Shown here one piece after another: positions 1 through 8,312 of a DNA stretch of 64,000 nt (positions are counted from its first letter, which is position 1; each line of letters begins with the position of its first letter). The notes below the pieces were generated by a model, which saw nothing but the letters and a program-made list of their open reading frames with translations, searched no databases and had not been told where the DNA came from. Source of the stretch: Giardia intestinalis (Eukaryota); the NCBI GenBank assembly GCA_000002435.2, contig CM018793.1, one strand, 5' to 3'. A program made the position numbers and the translations under genes.

Positions 1-785
1 ACTGCTTCCTTTCTCTTGTACTCACTGGAACGCCATGCTTTTCAACAGCTGCAGGCTACATCGGCCACAAGTTTAAGGTAGATCACGACATTTCTCTCAT
101 CATCCCAGAGGTCCTGAGCAGGATGAGCGTTGAAGAGAGGACCCCGAAGTATCTCATCTCTCACAAGTTTATGGAGAAGATTGAGGATTTCGAACACAAT
201 GGAAAGCATATCCCTGCATCAATCCTCGGTTACCGTATCACTTGGAGTTTTGTCAAGACGTTCTTTGCGAGAGTCTTTGATTCCGTTCATTCCCTCTTCA
301 CAGAGGAGCATCTCAAGCCTGAACTCCAGGACATGGATGCGTTTGCAGATGGTGTCCTGAACATCCACGAATCGCAGCTGCGAATAATCGACAACTATTT
401 TGCAGACGGCTCAGTTAACGAGGCAATCCCACCTCTTAAGTACCTCCTTCACATCTGCAAATACGGCGAGTATAAGGGCCTGAAGCTCCACTCCCCCGAG
501 TTCAGAAAGATGTTTACTCGCGACTACGTGTTAGATAGCGACTGGTATCAGCGACGCCTTGTGGTTAAACAGAGCTTAGACCTGAAGCTTTTAGAGAAGA
601 ATATCAAATACGTCTTTAACTTCTCCAAGAACGAAGCCATTGCAGAGGAAGCAAACCGTCGCGGCCTGTGTGTGGATAGGGTTCTTGCAGAATCCCTTGC
701 ACTGAAGAGCTATATTGGCAGCAACAAGTATCTCAACGATCTGGTCGGCACAATTGGTGTGCAAGTGTGGGGTGACGAAGATTGA
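1..785 (+). CDS. Hypothetical protein. First ATG is at 123, but the frame is open back to the window edge, so the gene may be 5'-truncated by the window.
   Basis: 220-aa ORF 123..785 starts at a true ATG. The same frame has no stop from position 3, and the sequence before 123 is not AT-rich as initiators here usually are. No recognisable domain. Confidence 0.45.
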   Translation, partial: CFLSLVLTGTPCFSTAAGYIGHKFKVDHDISLIIPEVLSRMSVEERTPKYLISHKFMEKIEDFEHNGKHIPASILGYRITWSFVKTFFARVFDSVHSLFTEEHLKPELQDMDAFADGVLNIHESQLRIIDNYFADGSVNEAIPPLKYLLHICKYGEYKGLKLHSPEFRKMFTRDYVLDSDWYQRRLVVKQSLDLKLLEKNIKYVFNFSKNEAIAEEANRRGLCVDRVLAESLALKSYIGSNKYLNDLVGTIGVQVWGDED

Positions 786-889
786 GCAGGCTGAGTCCGA
801 TAGGGCAGTGAGTGAATTTGCGTGTGCTGCATCTTTATGTGGAGCTTGGTTGCAGGGATTTACTGCGGAGCACGACGGTGCGTTCTGAC

Positions 890-2875
890 TCAAGAAAGGC
901 GTCTCTGCGTCAAAACGCCGCGAGGGATTGAGATTGAATGATGAACTGACTGTGCAGATGAGGTCCTGCCATGGCTATTGACGGGACTATTGCTTCGCAC
1001 GTGCTGACATGTACGGTTTATTTGACGAAGCTTTTCAATGCAGCGAGTAACAGAGTCTGCATACTTTAAGGATGCAAACCCCTTGGGGTTCCACTTAGCA
1101 GATTCATATTTCTCATTATAATCTTCCTGGAGTCTTGCCGGGGAAGGATACGAAAAGTGCCGTACGTTTTCCTTGATTATAGAAAAGGCAGAATGCGATC
1201 GTTGTGCAGCACGCTCATCCGGCATATTACGCAAGTCTGTTAAGTTCTGCATTTCTCGGAGCTCTTTAATGGTGCAAAATTCGTCAAACTTCGACAAGGA
1301 TGCTTCCATCTGTGCGGCCAGAACATCCTCATCTCCATCTATAGGAGTGCTGATTCTGGCAACATCAGTAGTGGCCAGACGCTGTGCTCTAGCAGGCTCC
1401 TCACTGCGGGGAGAGCTTGGAGTCGCTGAGAAAGCACGTCTCTTGTCAACAGCTGAATCGGTAGGAAGTGCACATCTTCTATTATAGCGCTCTGGAGAGA
1501 TGTTACTGTAAAGAATGTAGCCCCGCGACGGAGAAATAGGCTCATCAACCAATCTGCTAGATTGCACTTTATTGGCGTGCCTATCCATTGACCTATCGTT
1601 TGAGGCTTCTGGCTCCATGATCCTGATACTGTTTCGGGCAGAAGAATGGGAAGAAGAGTTAATCCGTGGCTTAGCGTCATTGCTATCATCCCCAACTGTT
1701 CTAACAACACTTTCAGTAAGAGGAAGGCTCCGCAAGATGTTAAAGAGGTACTCCAGCGAACATTCATCAATACTCCCAGACCATGATAGCTTGCAAAGAA
1801 GCTGCTTCAACTCGTCACAAGTTTCAACCCTAAAAAGAAGCTTTCTAGCTATATCGCTGGGCACGTACAGTTCCCTTTTCAAATCATCCGACAAAATATC
1901 TTTGAAACAGGGATTACGGAGGAGTTGAGATGCTCTAGGTCGAGCGGCTGGGTTTATGGTCAGCATGGCCTCCACCAGCTTAACTAACTCAGAGGATCTC
2001 CCCGGCAAGCATATGCCGAAACGATTTTCTCCCGAAAAGTATGCCTTTTGGACATCGGTATTGGGGAAAAGGCGCTCCGTAGTGGCCATCTCATAAACAA
2101 CGCATCCAAGAGCCCAGATATCATTCTCCACCCCAGCTACAGAATAGTACGCTTCAGGAGCCCTGTATCCTGGCGCTCCAGCAAAGCCCGACTCCTCTGT
2201 GTTAGTAACGTAGTCAAGGGTAATGTTCTTCAACTGCCTCAGCTCCTCTTCATCAAACTGTGCCGCCATAGTAAAGTCTGCTAGCTTGATGTTATTATCG
2301 TAGTCCAACAAGATGTTATCTGGCTTGATGTCACGGTGGGGTATGGGGAAGTGAATACGTGCACTGTCCACGGTACCCTGATCATCTTCTGTGTTGCCAG
2401 ATTTGTCGTCTATGCAGCTTGGCCGTCTACTGGTCGATCTGGAAAGTAATTCAGGGATTTTGTACCATGCTTCTGTCGATGGATCGTGCAGATAATGCAG
2501 AGCACTGAGAAGTTGGTACGTGTACTTCCATATGTCTGCCTCAGGAATGGGTTCCCTGCGTCTGCGGTGGCTCTGAATAAGCTTCTTGAGAGAGTATTTC
2601 ATGAGAGGCATAATAATATTGATTGTTTGCAGCCTGCTGTCAATGACGACTTCCCGTACGGGGAGGATGTATGGGTGATGGAATCCCTGCATTAGGTAGC
2701 CCTCCCTAGACATCCCATAGTACTCCTTGCTGTCTCGGTCAATATCGCCATAATAGATAATTTTGACCACCAACTCCTCTCCAGTCGCCCTATCCATGCA
2801 ATGGTGTATCTTTGCCTGTGTTCCCATGCCAATCATTGCCGCTACGTCATACTTTAAGGCGATTTTGCTCTGCAT
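890..2875 (-). CDS. Ser/Thr protein kinase, NEK-like, possibly catalytically degenerate (DFG replaced by DFT).
   Basis: Track start 2890 is TTG; the first ATG is at 2875 (MQSKIALKYD...). Kinase motifs: VVKII (beta3 Lys), HRDIKPDNILL, LADFT (DFG to DFT), GYRAPE. A long insert lies between HYLH and HRD. An S/R-rich tail follows. Confidence 0.7.
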   Translation of the reverse strand: MQSKIALKYDVAAMIGMGTQAKIHHCMDRATGEELVVKIIYYGDIDRDSKEYYGMSREGYLMQGFHHPYILPVREVVIDSRLQTINIIMPLMKYSLKKLIQSHRRRREPIPEADIWKYTYQLLSALHYLHDPSTEAWYKIPELLSRSTSRRPSCIDDKSGNTEDDQGTVDSARIHFPIPHRDIKPDNILLDYDNNIKLADFTMAAQFDEEELRQLKNITLDYVTNTEESGFAGAPGYRAPEAYYSVAGVENDIWALGCVVYEMATTERLFPNTDVQKAYFSGENRFGICLPGRSSELVKLVEAMLTINPAARPRASQLLRNPCFKDILSDDLKRELYVPSDIARKLLFRVETCDELKQLLCKLSWSGSIDECSLEYLFNILRSLPLTESVVRTVGDDSNDAKPRINSSSHSSARNSIRIMEPEASNDRSMDRHANKVQSSRLVDEPISPSRGYILYSNISPERYNRRCALPTDSAVDKRRAFSATPSSPRSEEPARAQRLATTDVARISTPIDGDEDVLAAQMEASLSKFDEFCTIKELREMQNLTDLRNMPDERAAQRSHSAFSIIKENVRHFSYPSPARLQEDYNEKYESAKWNPKGFASLKYADSVTRCIEKLRQINRTCQHVRSNSPVNSHGRTSSAQSVHHSISIPRGVLTQRRLS

Positions 2876-2972
2876 TGGCTTCTGTTGCAACTTTTTTACC
2901 CTTTGATTTACTGACTTTCGTTGTAAGCGCCCAAAAGACTTGTCGCCCAGGCTGATACTTCCCTTTGACGAA

Positions 2973-4811
2973 CTAGTACTGCCCTTCGATGATGTTATTC
3001 TGAGAGACGTTGGCGTTATTTCTTTTCATTTGCTCTGGGTTATGGAGGCGCATGACCTCGGATCCGGGCTGATTGGTGACGTCGCGCTCTGCTCCTGCAT
3101 ACTGTCGAAGACGCTCAACAACAATCCTGTCTATGTCCTCGTCGCAAAGCTCAAAGTTGTCCACGGCGGTCTTGATGCGGGCACCTGCTTCTCTGCGCAG
3201 CGCACTCTCTATGGATTTAAAGATCTCGTCTTCTCTGCTGCGTTTCCAGTTGCGAGCCTCAGAGTTAGTGACCATCTTATTAATCTTCAGTCGGAACTGC
3301 TTGGCTTCTTCTGCTTCCTTCATGAGGGCGAGGTCGTTTGCTTTCTTGGTTGCAAGAGCCTCCTTTAGTATTCGCTCCTGGCGTAGCTGCTCATTTAGCT
3401 CGTCCCTCTTCCACTTTGCCTCGAGCCGGAGGTTTTCCCGCTCGACAGCAAGCGCTCTCTTTAGGGTTTGAGCTATGCGGCCCTCGAGCTTGTAGTAGTA
3501 TGAGACTTCTTGCTGATGTATCTCCTGCATTACCTTGTAGATCATCTTGTGCAGTTTTATCTTCATCCTCTCCTCTTCGAATTGGATTGTTTTCTGTTGT
3601 GTTAGAGATCGAGGCTCGGTTGGCGTCCTCGGTGTTCTGGATGCTCCTCGTCCAGAGCCAGTACCGGGTGTGACAGGTGTGCGCAGCTGTCGTGACCGAG
3701 AGGTTGTTGAGCGATAGGGGGACATGGACTTGGAAGGAGACGCGCCACTGTAGGCTGCTGCCCGAGTGTTAGCACTTACGGATCTGTCTGCAAGGGCCAC
3801 CACAAAATTGCGGAGGTACTTATCGTAGTAGAGATCTACCATTTCACGCACTTCCTGATTGAGTGCCTCTTGGTCAACAACAGACTTTCTACTCCCCTTT
3901 TGGTGAGCACTGATAGTTGCCCGAGACGGAGTGTTCGAACTGGTGCTGGGTCGAGACAGCGCCATAGTTCTGTATGGCGGAGATCTATGCTCAATACTGG
4001 GGGTTGATTGATTGACTCCTTTGTTCCCTCTAATGGGAGAGCTAGAGTCCCCTAAATAAGAAGAACTAACGGACTGATTCTGAGAAGAACGCTGTGGCGG
4101 ATTGACAGAATCAGTTATTAGTAGGGACCCGTTGAGATTTCCCGACGCCCCAACACCAATAGGTCCAATGGATGCTTGATGGCTATCTGCCTCGGCATAC
4201 CTATCTAGGATCTGCTTTGCAGATAGAATACCCTTTGGATCCTCGTACTTCTTCTGCTGCTCCATATACTCAGCTTGTCGCTCCATCAAATCCCGTGACT
4301 CTAGTTCCATCTGCATCTTAAGCAACTTCGTGGCGACCGCTTCCGACATCATCGGGTAACTGGGCATGTCCTCGCTCTTAATAAGCGTGTATACTATCTC
4401 TAGAAGCAGGACACAGTCGAAAAGCTGGTGCTCTTTGAGTCCCTTTGGAGATATGTGATTCGTGGTGATACCCAGTTTGCTTTCAATGTATGAAAGCAGG
4501 CTAACTTCTTTGGCATACGCACGCATGGATGACGTCAGAGATTGCGGAGTGGGAAAGCGGTCCAGCTTGAAGTAGACAAGTGCTAGCTGGTTCACGACCT
4601 CAAACGTAATCTGGCTTGTGTCCGAGAGTATGTTCTTGATTCCAAGCTTGCGGAGCAATATATTAATGCAGGACAGGGCCTGGGCCTTGTAAGAGTCCAC
4701 GCTGGACATTGGATTTCCAGAATAAAATTTCTTTTCTTCCGCAAATTTCCATGGAGACCGGAGTGGGCTCAGAGCAACACTGGGGATTATGCCCAGGGCT
4801 TCGCGCATCAT
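2973..4811 (-). CDS. Hypothetical protein with a long low-complexity S/T/P/R-rich middle and a C-terminal coiled coil; possible N-terminal CH-like fold.
   Basis: 612-aa ORF starting ATG-ATG at 4811. The C-terminal ~170 aa are heptad-rich (EERMKIKLHK...LRLEAKWKRDELNEQLRQERILKEALATKKAND). The CH-like assignment is only an impression. Confidence 0.6.
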   Translation of the reverse strand: MMREALGIIPSVALSPLRSPWKFAEEKKFYSGNPMSSVDSYKAQALSCINILLRKLGIKNILSDTSQITFEVVNQLALVYFKLDRFPTPQSLTSSMRAYAKEVSLLSYIESKLGITTNHISPKGLKEHQLFDCVLLLEIVYTLIKSEDMPSYPMMSEAVATKLLKMQMELESRDLMERQAEYMEQQKKYEDPKGILSAKQILDRYAEADSHQASIGPIGVGASGNLNGSLLITDSVNPPQRSSQNQSVSSSYLGDSSSPIRGNKGVNQSTPSIEHRSPPYRTMALSRPSTSSNTPSRATISAHQKGSRKSVVDQEALNQEVREMVDLYYDKYLRNFVVALADRSVSANTRAAAYSGASPSKSMSPYRSTTSRSRQLRTPVTPGTGSGRGASRTPRTPTEPRSLTQQKTIQFEEERMKIKLHKMIYKVMQEIHQQEVSYYYKLEGRIAQTLKRALAVERENLRLEAKWKRDELNEQLRQERILKEALATKKANDLALMKEAEEAKQFRLKINKMVTNSEARNWKRSREDEIFKSIESALRREAGARIKTAVDNFELCDEDIDRIVVERLRQYAGAERDVTNQPGSEVMRLHNPEQMKRNNANVSQNNIIEGQY

Positions 4812-4861
4812 CGTGTCAAGGTATTTCTCCAGATTTATTAGAGTGTACCCTCTTTGTTGAC

Positions 4862-6430
4862 ATGGGCGATCTACGTTATTTATTTGCTAATATATGTGAT
4901 ATTGTCCGGGCCGTCAAAGGGGGCAAGCAGTGTCGTGTGTTTCTTTATGAGAGGCATGCACATCTACTATGTAAGTTGATTGTCAAGCTCATCCTCTTAC
5001 TTCTTATTGGTCAGGAGACAGACGTCAACTCCAAGATCGAGCTAGCCCACTGCTATTCGGAGATCCACGGGAACACATTTATCTCAGCAGATGCCAAAGA
5101 GCTTTTAAAGTCCGCATTGAAGATAGCATTAGCACTATTTTCTCCTGGATATCGATCCAAGCTCTCTGATGCACACAGAAAGACTTATCTGGCAGCAGCT
5201 AATGTTCTTGATTTTCGAAGCTATTTAAAGCGCGGCGATCAAGACGATTTCTATAGTATTCTTCATTCTATGCTAGAAGAATGCACGGTGAAGCAGGCAG
5301 CACCAGACGATGGGAAAGCAGTCTATCGCAAGAATAGTCACACCCTGACCCCTGGGGTCGAGAAGATAGAGGCGGTGATGGGCCCAGGTGATGCGTTTGA
5401 CAAGCGTTTGAGAGACTTCTATCTGGAGAGATATGATGTGCGTGCAAATGTCTGCATGTGGGACAAGCACATGCACTTAGCTAGTCGCCTGGCCGTTATA
5501 CACGACCCTTTCTTTCAGTCGTTTCGTACCTCGGGGATTTCATACCTAAGAGCCTACTACCGTGGAGCTGCAGTCCTGGGCAACACCGAGGAGGCCCTTC
5601 CAGTGGCGCGGCGTGCAGCAACTACCCAGGAATCCAAAATGTACTGTGGCGAGGACAATCCGCTTCTTCTTTCGAGAACCGTCGAAGGGTCAAAGGTTTC
5701 AACTACTGGATATAGAGGAGACATTCTTCTAGGTCCCTGGTTCGAGGTCGGTTACAATGTGCACTACTGCTTTCCAGACTATTTTGAGCAGGTCCTGAAG
5801 CCCACAATGCATCGAGAACCTAATGCTACCGTACCACTAGTTTCCGACCTGCACGAGTTGACGACTCTGGAAGACTTTGAGCTCTATCGTGTGTACTCCC
5901 CCACGGGCCCGTCATCCTTTGAAGGGATCTTCTCCAGCGTAGAGATATCTGTCTTTAATCTATGTGTCTGCTCTTCTCTGCTCTGGGAGCTAGTAGATGC
6001 ATACAGTACCTTGGACAGGTCACAGCCCACTGGCCCCATTGTCTTGCTCACCGGTGACTTCGGGTCCAGGGTTGGGACCATCCACAAGACTGCCAATCTC
6101 TTCACTGCTGTCTTCCTGAGCATAGAGGGGTGTCGTCTTCTCCAGTCTCCGGATGTATATCATGCCCAGCTGGAGCCGTGCTTGCGTAAGGGTGCTGGTC
6201 ACGTACTTATCACTGAGTTAGGACAGTACGTACTGAGACTGCAGCGAGCAGAGGTTCCTCTGTTCAAGGACAAGCTTAAGAGACAATTGACATCTTGTGG
6301 CTATGAAGCCTCTGAGGCAACGGCAGTTCTTCCTTTCTTCAATAAATATCCAAAGGAGGAGCAAACAGAGGCTATGGGGACGCACCTTGTTGCTGTTGTT
6401 GCAACCGCGAAAACCCCCAATCTTGAATAA
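4862..6430 (+). CDS. Hypothetical protein.
   Basis: Track start 4709 is TTG. In-frame ATGs lie at 4751 (overlapping the upstream minus-strand gene) and 4862 (just past that gene's start at 4811, AT-rich context). I chose 4862. Stop TAA is at 6428-6430. No recognisable domain. Confidence 0.5.
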   Translation: MGDLRYLFANICDIVRAVKGGKQCRVFLYERHAHLLCKLIVKLILLLLIGQETDVNSKIELAHCYSEIHGNTFISADAKELLKSALKIALALFSPGYRSKLSDAHRKTYLAAANVLDFRSYLKRGDQDDFYSILHSMLEECTVKQAAPDDGKAVYRKNSHTLTPGVEKIEAVMGPGDAFDKRLRDFYLERYDVRANVCMWDKHMHLASRLAVIHDPFFQSFRTSGISYLRAYYRGAAVLGNTEEALPVARRAATTQESKMYCGEDNPLLLSRTVEGSKVSTTGYRGDILLGPWFEVGYNVHYCFPDYFEQVLKPTMHREPNATVPLVSDLHELTTLEDFELYRVYSPTGPSSFEGIFSSVEISVFNLCVCSSLLWELVDAYSTLDRSQPTGPIVLLTGDFGSRVGTIHKTANLFTAVFLSIEGCRLLQSPDVYHAQLEPCLRKGAGHVLITELGQYVLRLQRAEVPLFKDKLKRQLTSCGYEASEATAVLPFFNKYPKEEQTEAMGTHLVAVVATAKTPNLE

Positions 6431-6441
6431 CTTCCAAAAAA

Positions 6442-8049
6442 ATGTATTCGCTGGGCCTCCCGAATCTTCCTCACACTTACAGATCAGACCGACAGAGATT
6501 GTTTGTTGAGGAAGACCGCACATACGTAACACTCAGAGACGAGAAGAGCCACTGTTTGCTCCTTAGTTTAAGAGAAAAAGGTGTTTACCAATATCTTCCC
6601 ATCCTGGTCTCCACGTCTCAATACATTCTAGTTGAAGATGAGGTAGAATACGCGGATGAAATCGCATGCAACCTGACCTCATCAACGCTGAAGTCTGCTA
6701 ATTCCATTCGAGCAATTGTAGTTGATGACCCTGCATACAGCTCCTTTATCGCTAGCCCCACTGAGGAACCAAATAGCTCTCTGCAAAAGAACTTTGCTAA
6801 GAGTATCACATACCACGCCGTCTACAGCATCAATCCCACCAATCTTATATTGATTCTTTACTCCCGCCTCTCCCTTGATGTGCAGTTCTATCACATTATT
6901 TTGAAGAAGAAACTGATTATCAAGGAATATACGCGGATTCTACCCAATGCAGTGTCAGTCTCTGCTGTTGTCGAAACAATGAAGGTGGATAACCAGATTT
7001 TCATAGGGGCGTACGACCGGCTATACAGTCTCACATTCCCTAGACTAAAGGGTCGCGAGCTTCACATGTTTATTGAGCCTCCAGAAATAAATCTGGTTCT
7101 ATTTGGCAGGCTTATCTCTGGCTACAAACTTAGTATAAACTTTATCCCCACAAATGCAGTGGTTGGACAGCCTAGCAAAGAGAATTGTGGGCCTGATCTT
7201 CCCAGGGAGTCCACGCAGAAGAGCCAACGCAGTGCTGTAGATGGAGAGCTTCTCAATTGCGACGTGGAGCGATTACCCACGCCTTCCGAGAGTGCTATGC
7301 TCGCCGCTGATCAGCACCAGGACAATTACAATCCAGTAACTCTGATTAGCACGAACAACGCCGCAACCATGGATCTTGCTGACTTCGGTGCTGTCCCAGA
7401 CACTCTGGGAGTGGAGGAGGTTAGAGCTGCGTTGCAGAGGGGCAGTGAGGGAGGGCTGCACCGATTTCCATCCAAGGCAGACACTGTGGTCACCCCATTT
7501 AATGTGCAGGACACAGAGCACGGTACTAACATATATCCCAATAGTACCGATCATCCTACACGCGCAGTCGCCTGCTCTTCTTATAGTGATGAGGCTAACG
7601 CATACATGCGTAATCAGCTACAAAGCATGGTGAGTGCCTCCACGGCGTGTGTGGTATTGATTGGTGGGGTTGTGCGCGCTAACGGAAGAAAGTACAACAA
7701 CAAGCGCATACTATACATACCGATAAGCAACATGAATAACTGGGTTTATCAGACGCTGGGGGAATCGAAAGCCATATGGCAGGACTGGGACATTTCCTTC
7801 TTGGAGCGGGAAAAGATAATAGCATTTGGGGGGCGGCGGCGACGCCTCTCATCCGACCTTCGAGTGATCGACCTATCGAAGGGTACTGTGTACGTATGTA
7901 GTCCACTCTATGGGTGTTTGGTTACTCCGAGAAGAAAGGCATCAATCTTCCTTTTCTACGATAAGGGGGTTCGGAAACTGCGAATAGAGTCGGGCTGTAC
8001 TCAAACAGAAGTATTACGAGATGTGGCGGAGCTTGTTTTGCCGATGTGA
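6442..8049 (+). CDS. Hypothetical protein.
   Basis: ATG at 6442 follows ...TAACTTCCAAAAAA, 11 bp after the previous stop. 535-aa ORF with no recognisable domain. Confidence 0.6.
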   Translation: MYSLGLPNLPHTYRSDRQRLFVEEDRTYVTLRDEKSHCLLLSLREKGVYQYLPILVSTSQYILVEDEVEYADEIACNLTSSTLKSANSIRAIVVDDPAYSSFIASPTEEPNSSLQKNFAKSITYHAVYSINPTNLILILYSRLSLDVQFYHIILKKKLIIKEYTRILPNAVSVSAVVETMKVDNQIFIGAYDRLYSLTFPRLKGRELHMFIEPPEINLVLFGRLISGYKLSINFIPTNAVVGQPSKENCGPDLPRESTQKSQRSAVDGELLNCDVERLPTPSESAMLAADQHQDNYNPVTLISTNNAATMDLADFGAVPDTLGVEEVRAALQRGSEGGLHRFPSKADTVVTPFNVQDTEHGTNIYPNSTDHPTRAVACSSYSDEANAYMRNQLQSMVSASTACVVLIGGVVRANGRKYNNKRILYIPISNMNNWVYQTLGESKAIWQDWDISFLEREKIIAFGGRRRRLSSDLRVIDLSKGTVYVCSPLYGCLVTPRRKASIFLFYDKGVRKLRIESGCTQTEVLRDVAELVLPM

Positions 8050-8288
8050 CCCGGACCTCTGTAAACGGCGCTCTTTAACGATGGGCTTTCCACTTCTACT
8101 TTTAACTTTTCTGTGCCCATAGGTTGGTATGAACACCTTTATCCACAAGCAGTGAGAATGCTCAAACGAACGTCTGGGATATTGAAGCTAATTAACACTG
8201 AAACTTAATTAATCTTCAAAATCACAAGGCCGAGGAAACTTAGAGGCTTGGCGAGAGTATACTGGTTGTTCCGTACTTTATCTAGGCT

Positions 8289-8312
8289 TATTTATCTAGG
8301 CTCTTAGGGGTA
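8289..8312 (+). promoter_or_regulatory. Tandem direct repeat (TTTATCTAGGC x2, ~14-bp period) immediately upstream of the NEK gene ATG.
   Basis: Sequence cTTTATCTAGGCttaTTTATCTAGGCtcttaggggtaATG, read directly. It sits at -35 to -8, where the AT-rich core promoter of this organism lies. Confidence 0.3.

Noticed and set aside
4709-4861. Apparent 5' overlaps between divergent or tandem genes (4709/4811, 13187/13205, 16084/16097, 44571/44584, 22244/22400).
   Set aside because: The ORF track counts TTG and GTG as starts, which I verified at 2890, 4709, 16084, 36883, 44571, 44584, 55526 and 57840. Using the first true ATG removes all but the 13187/13205 case, which can also be avoided with the ATG at 13235.
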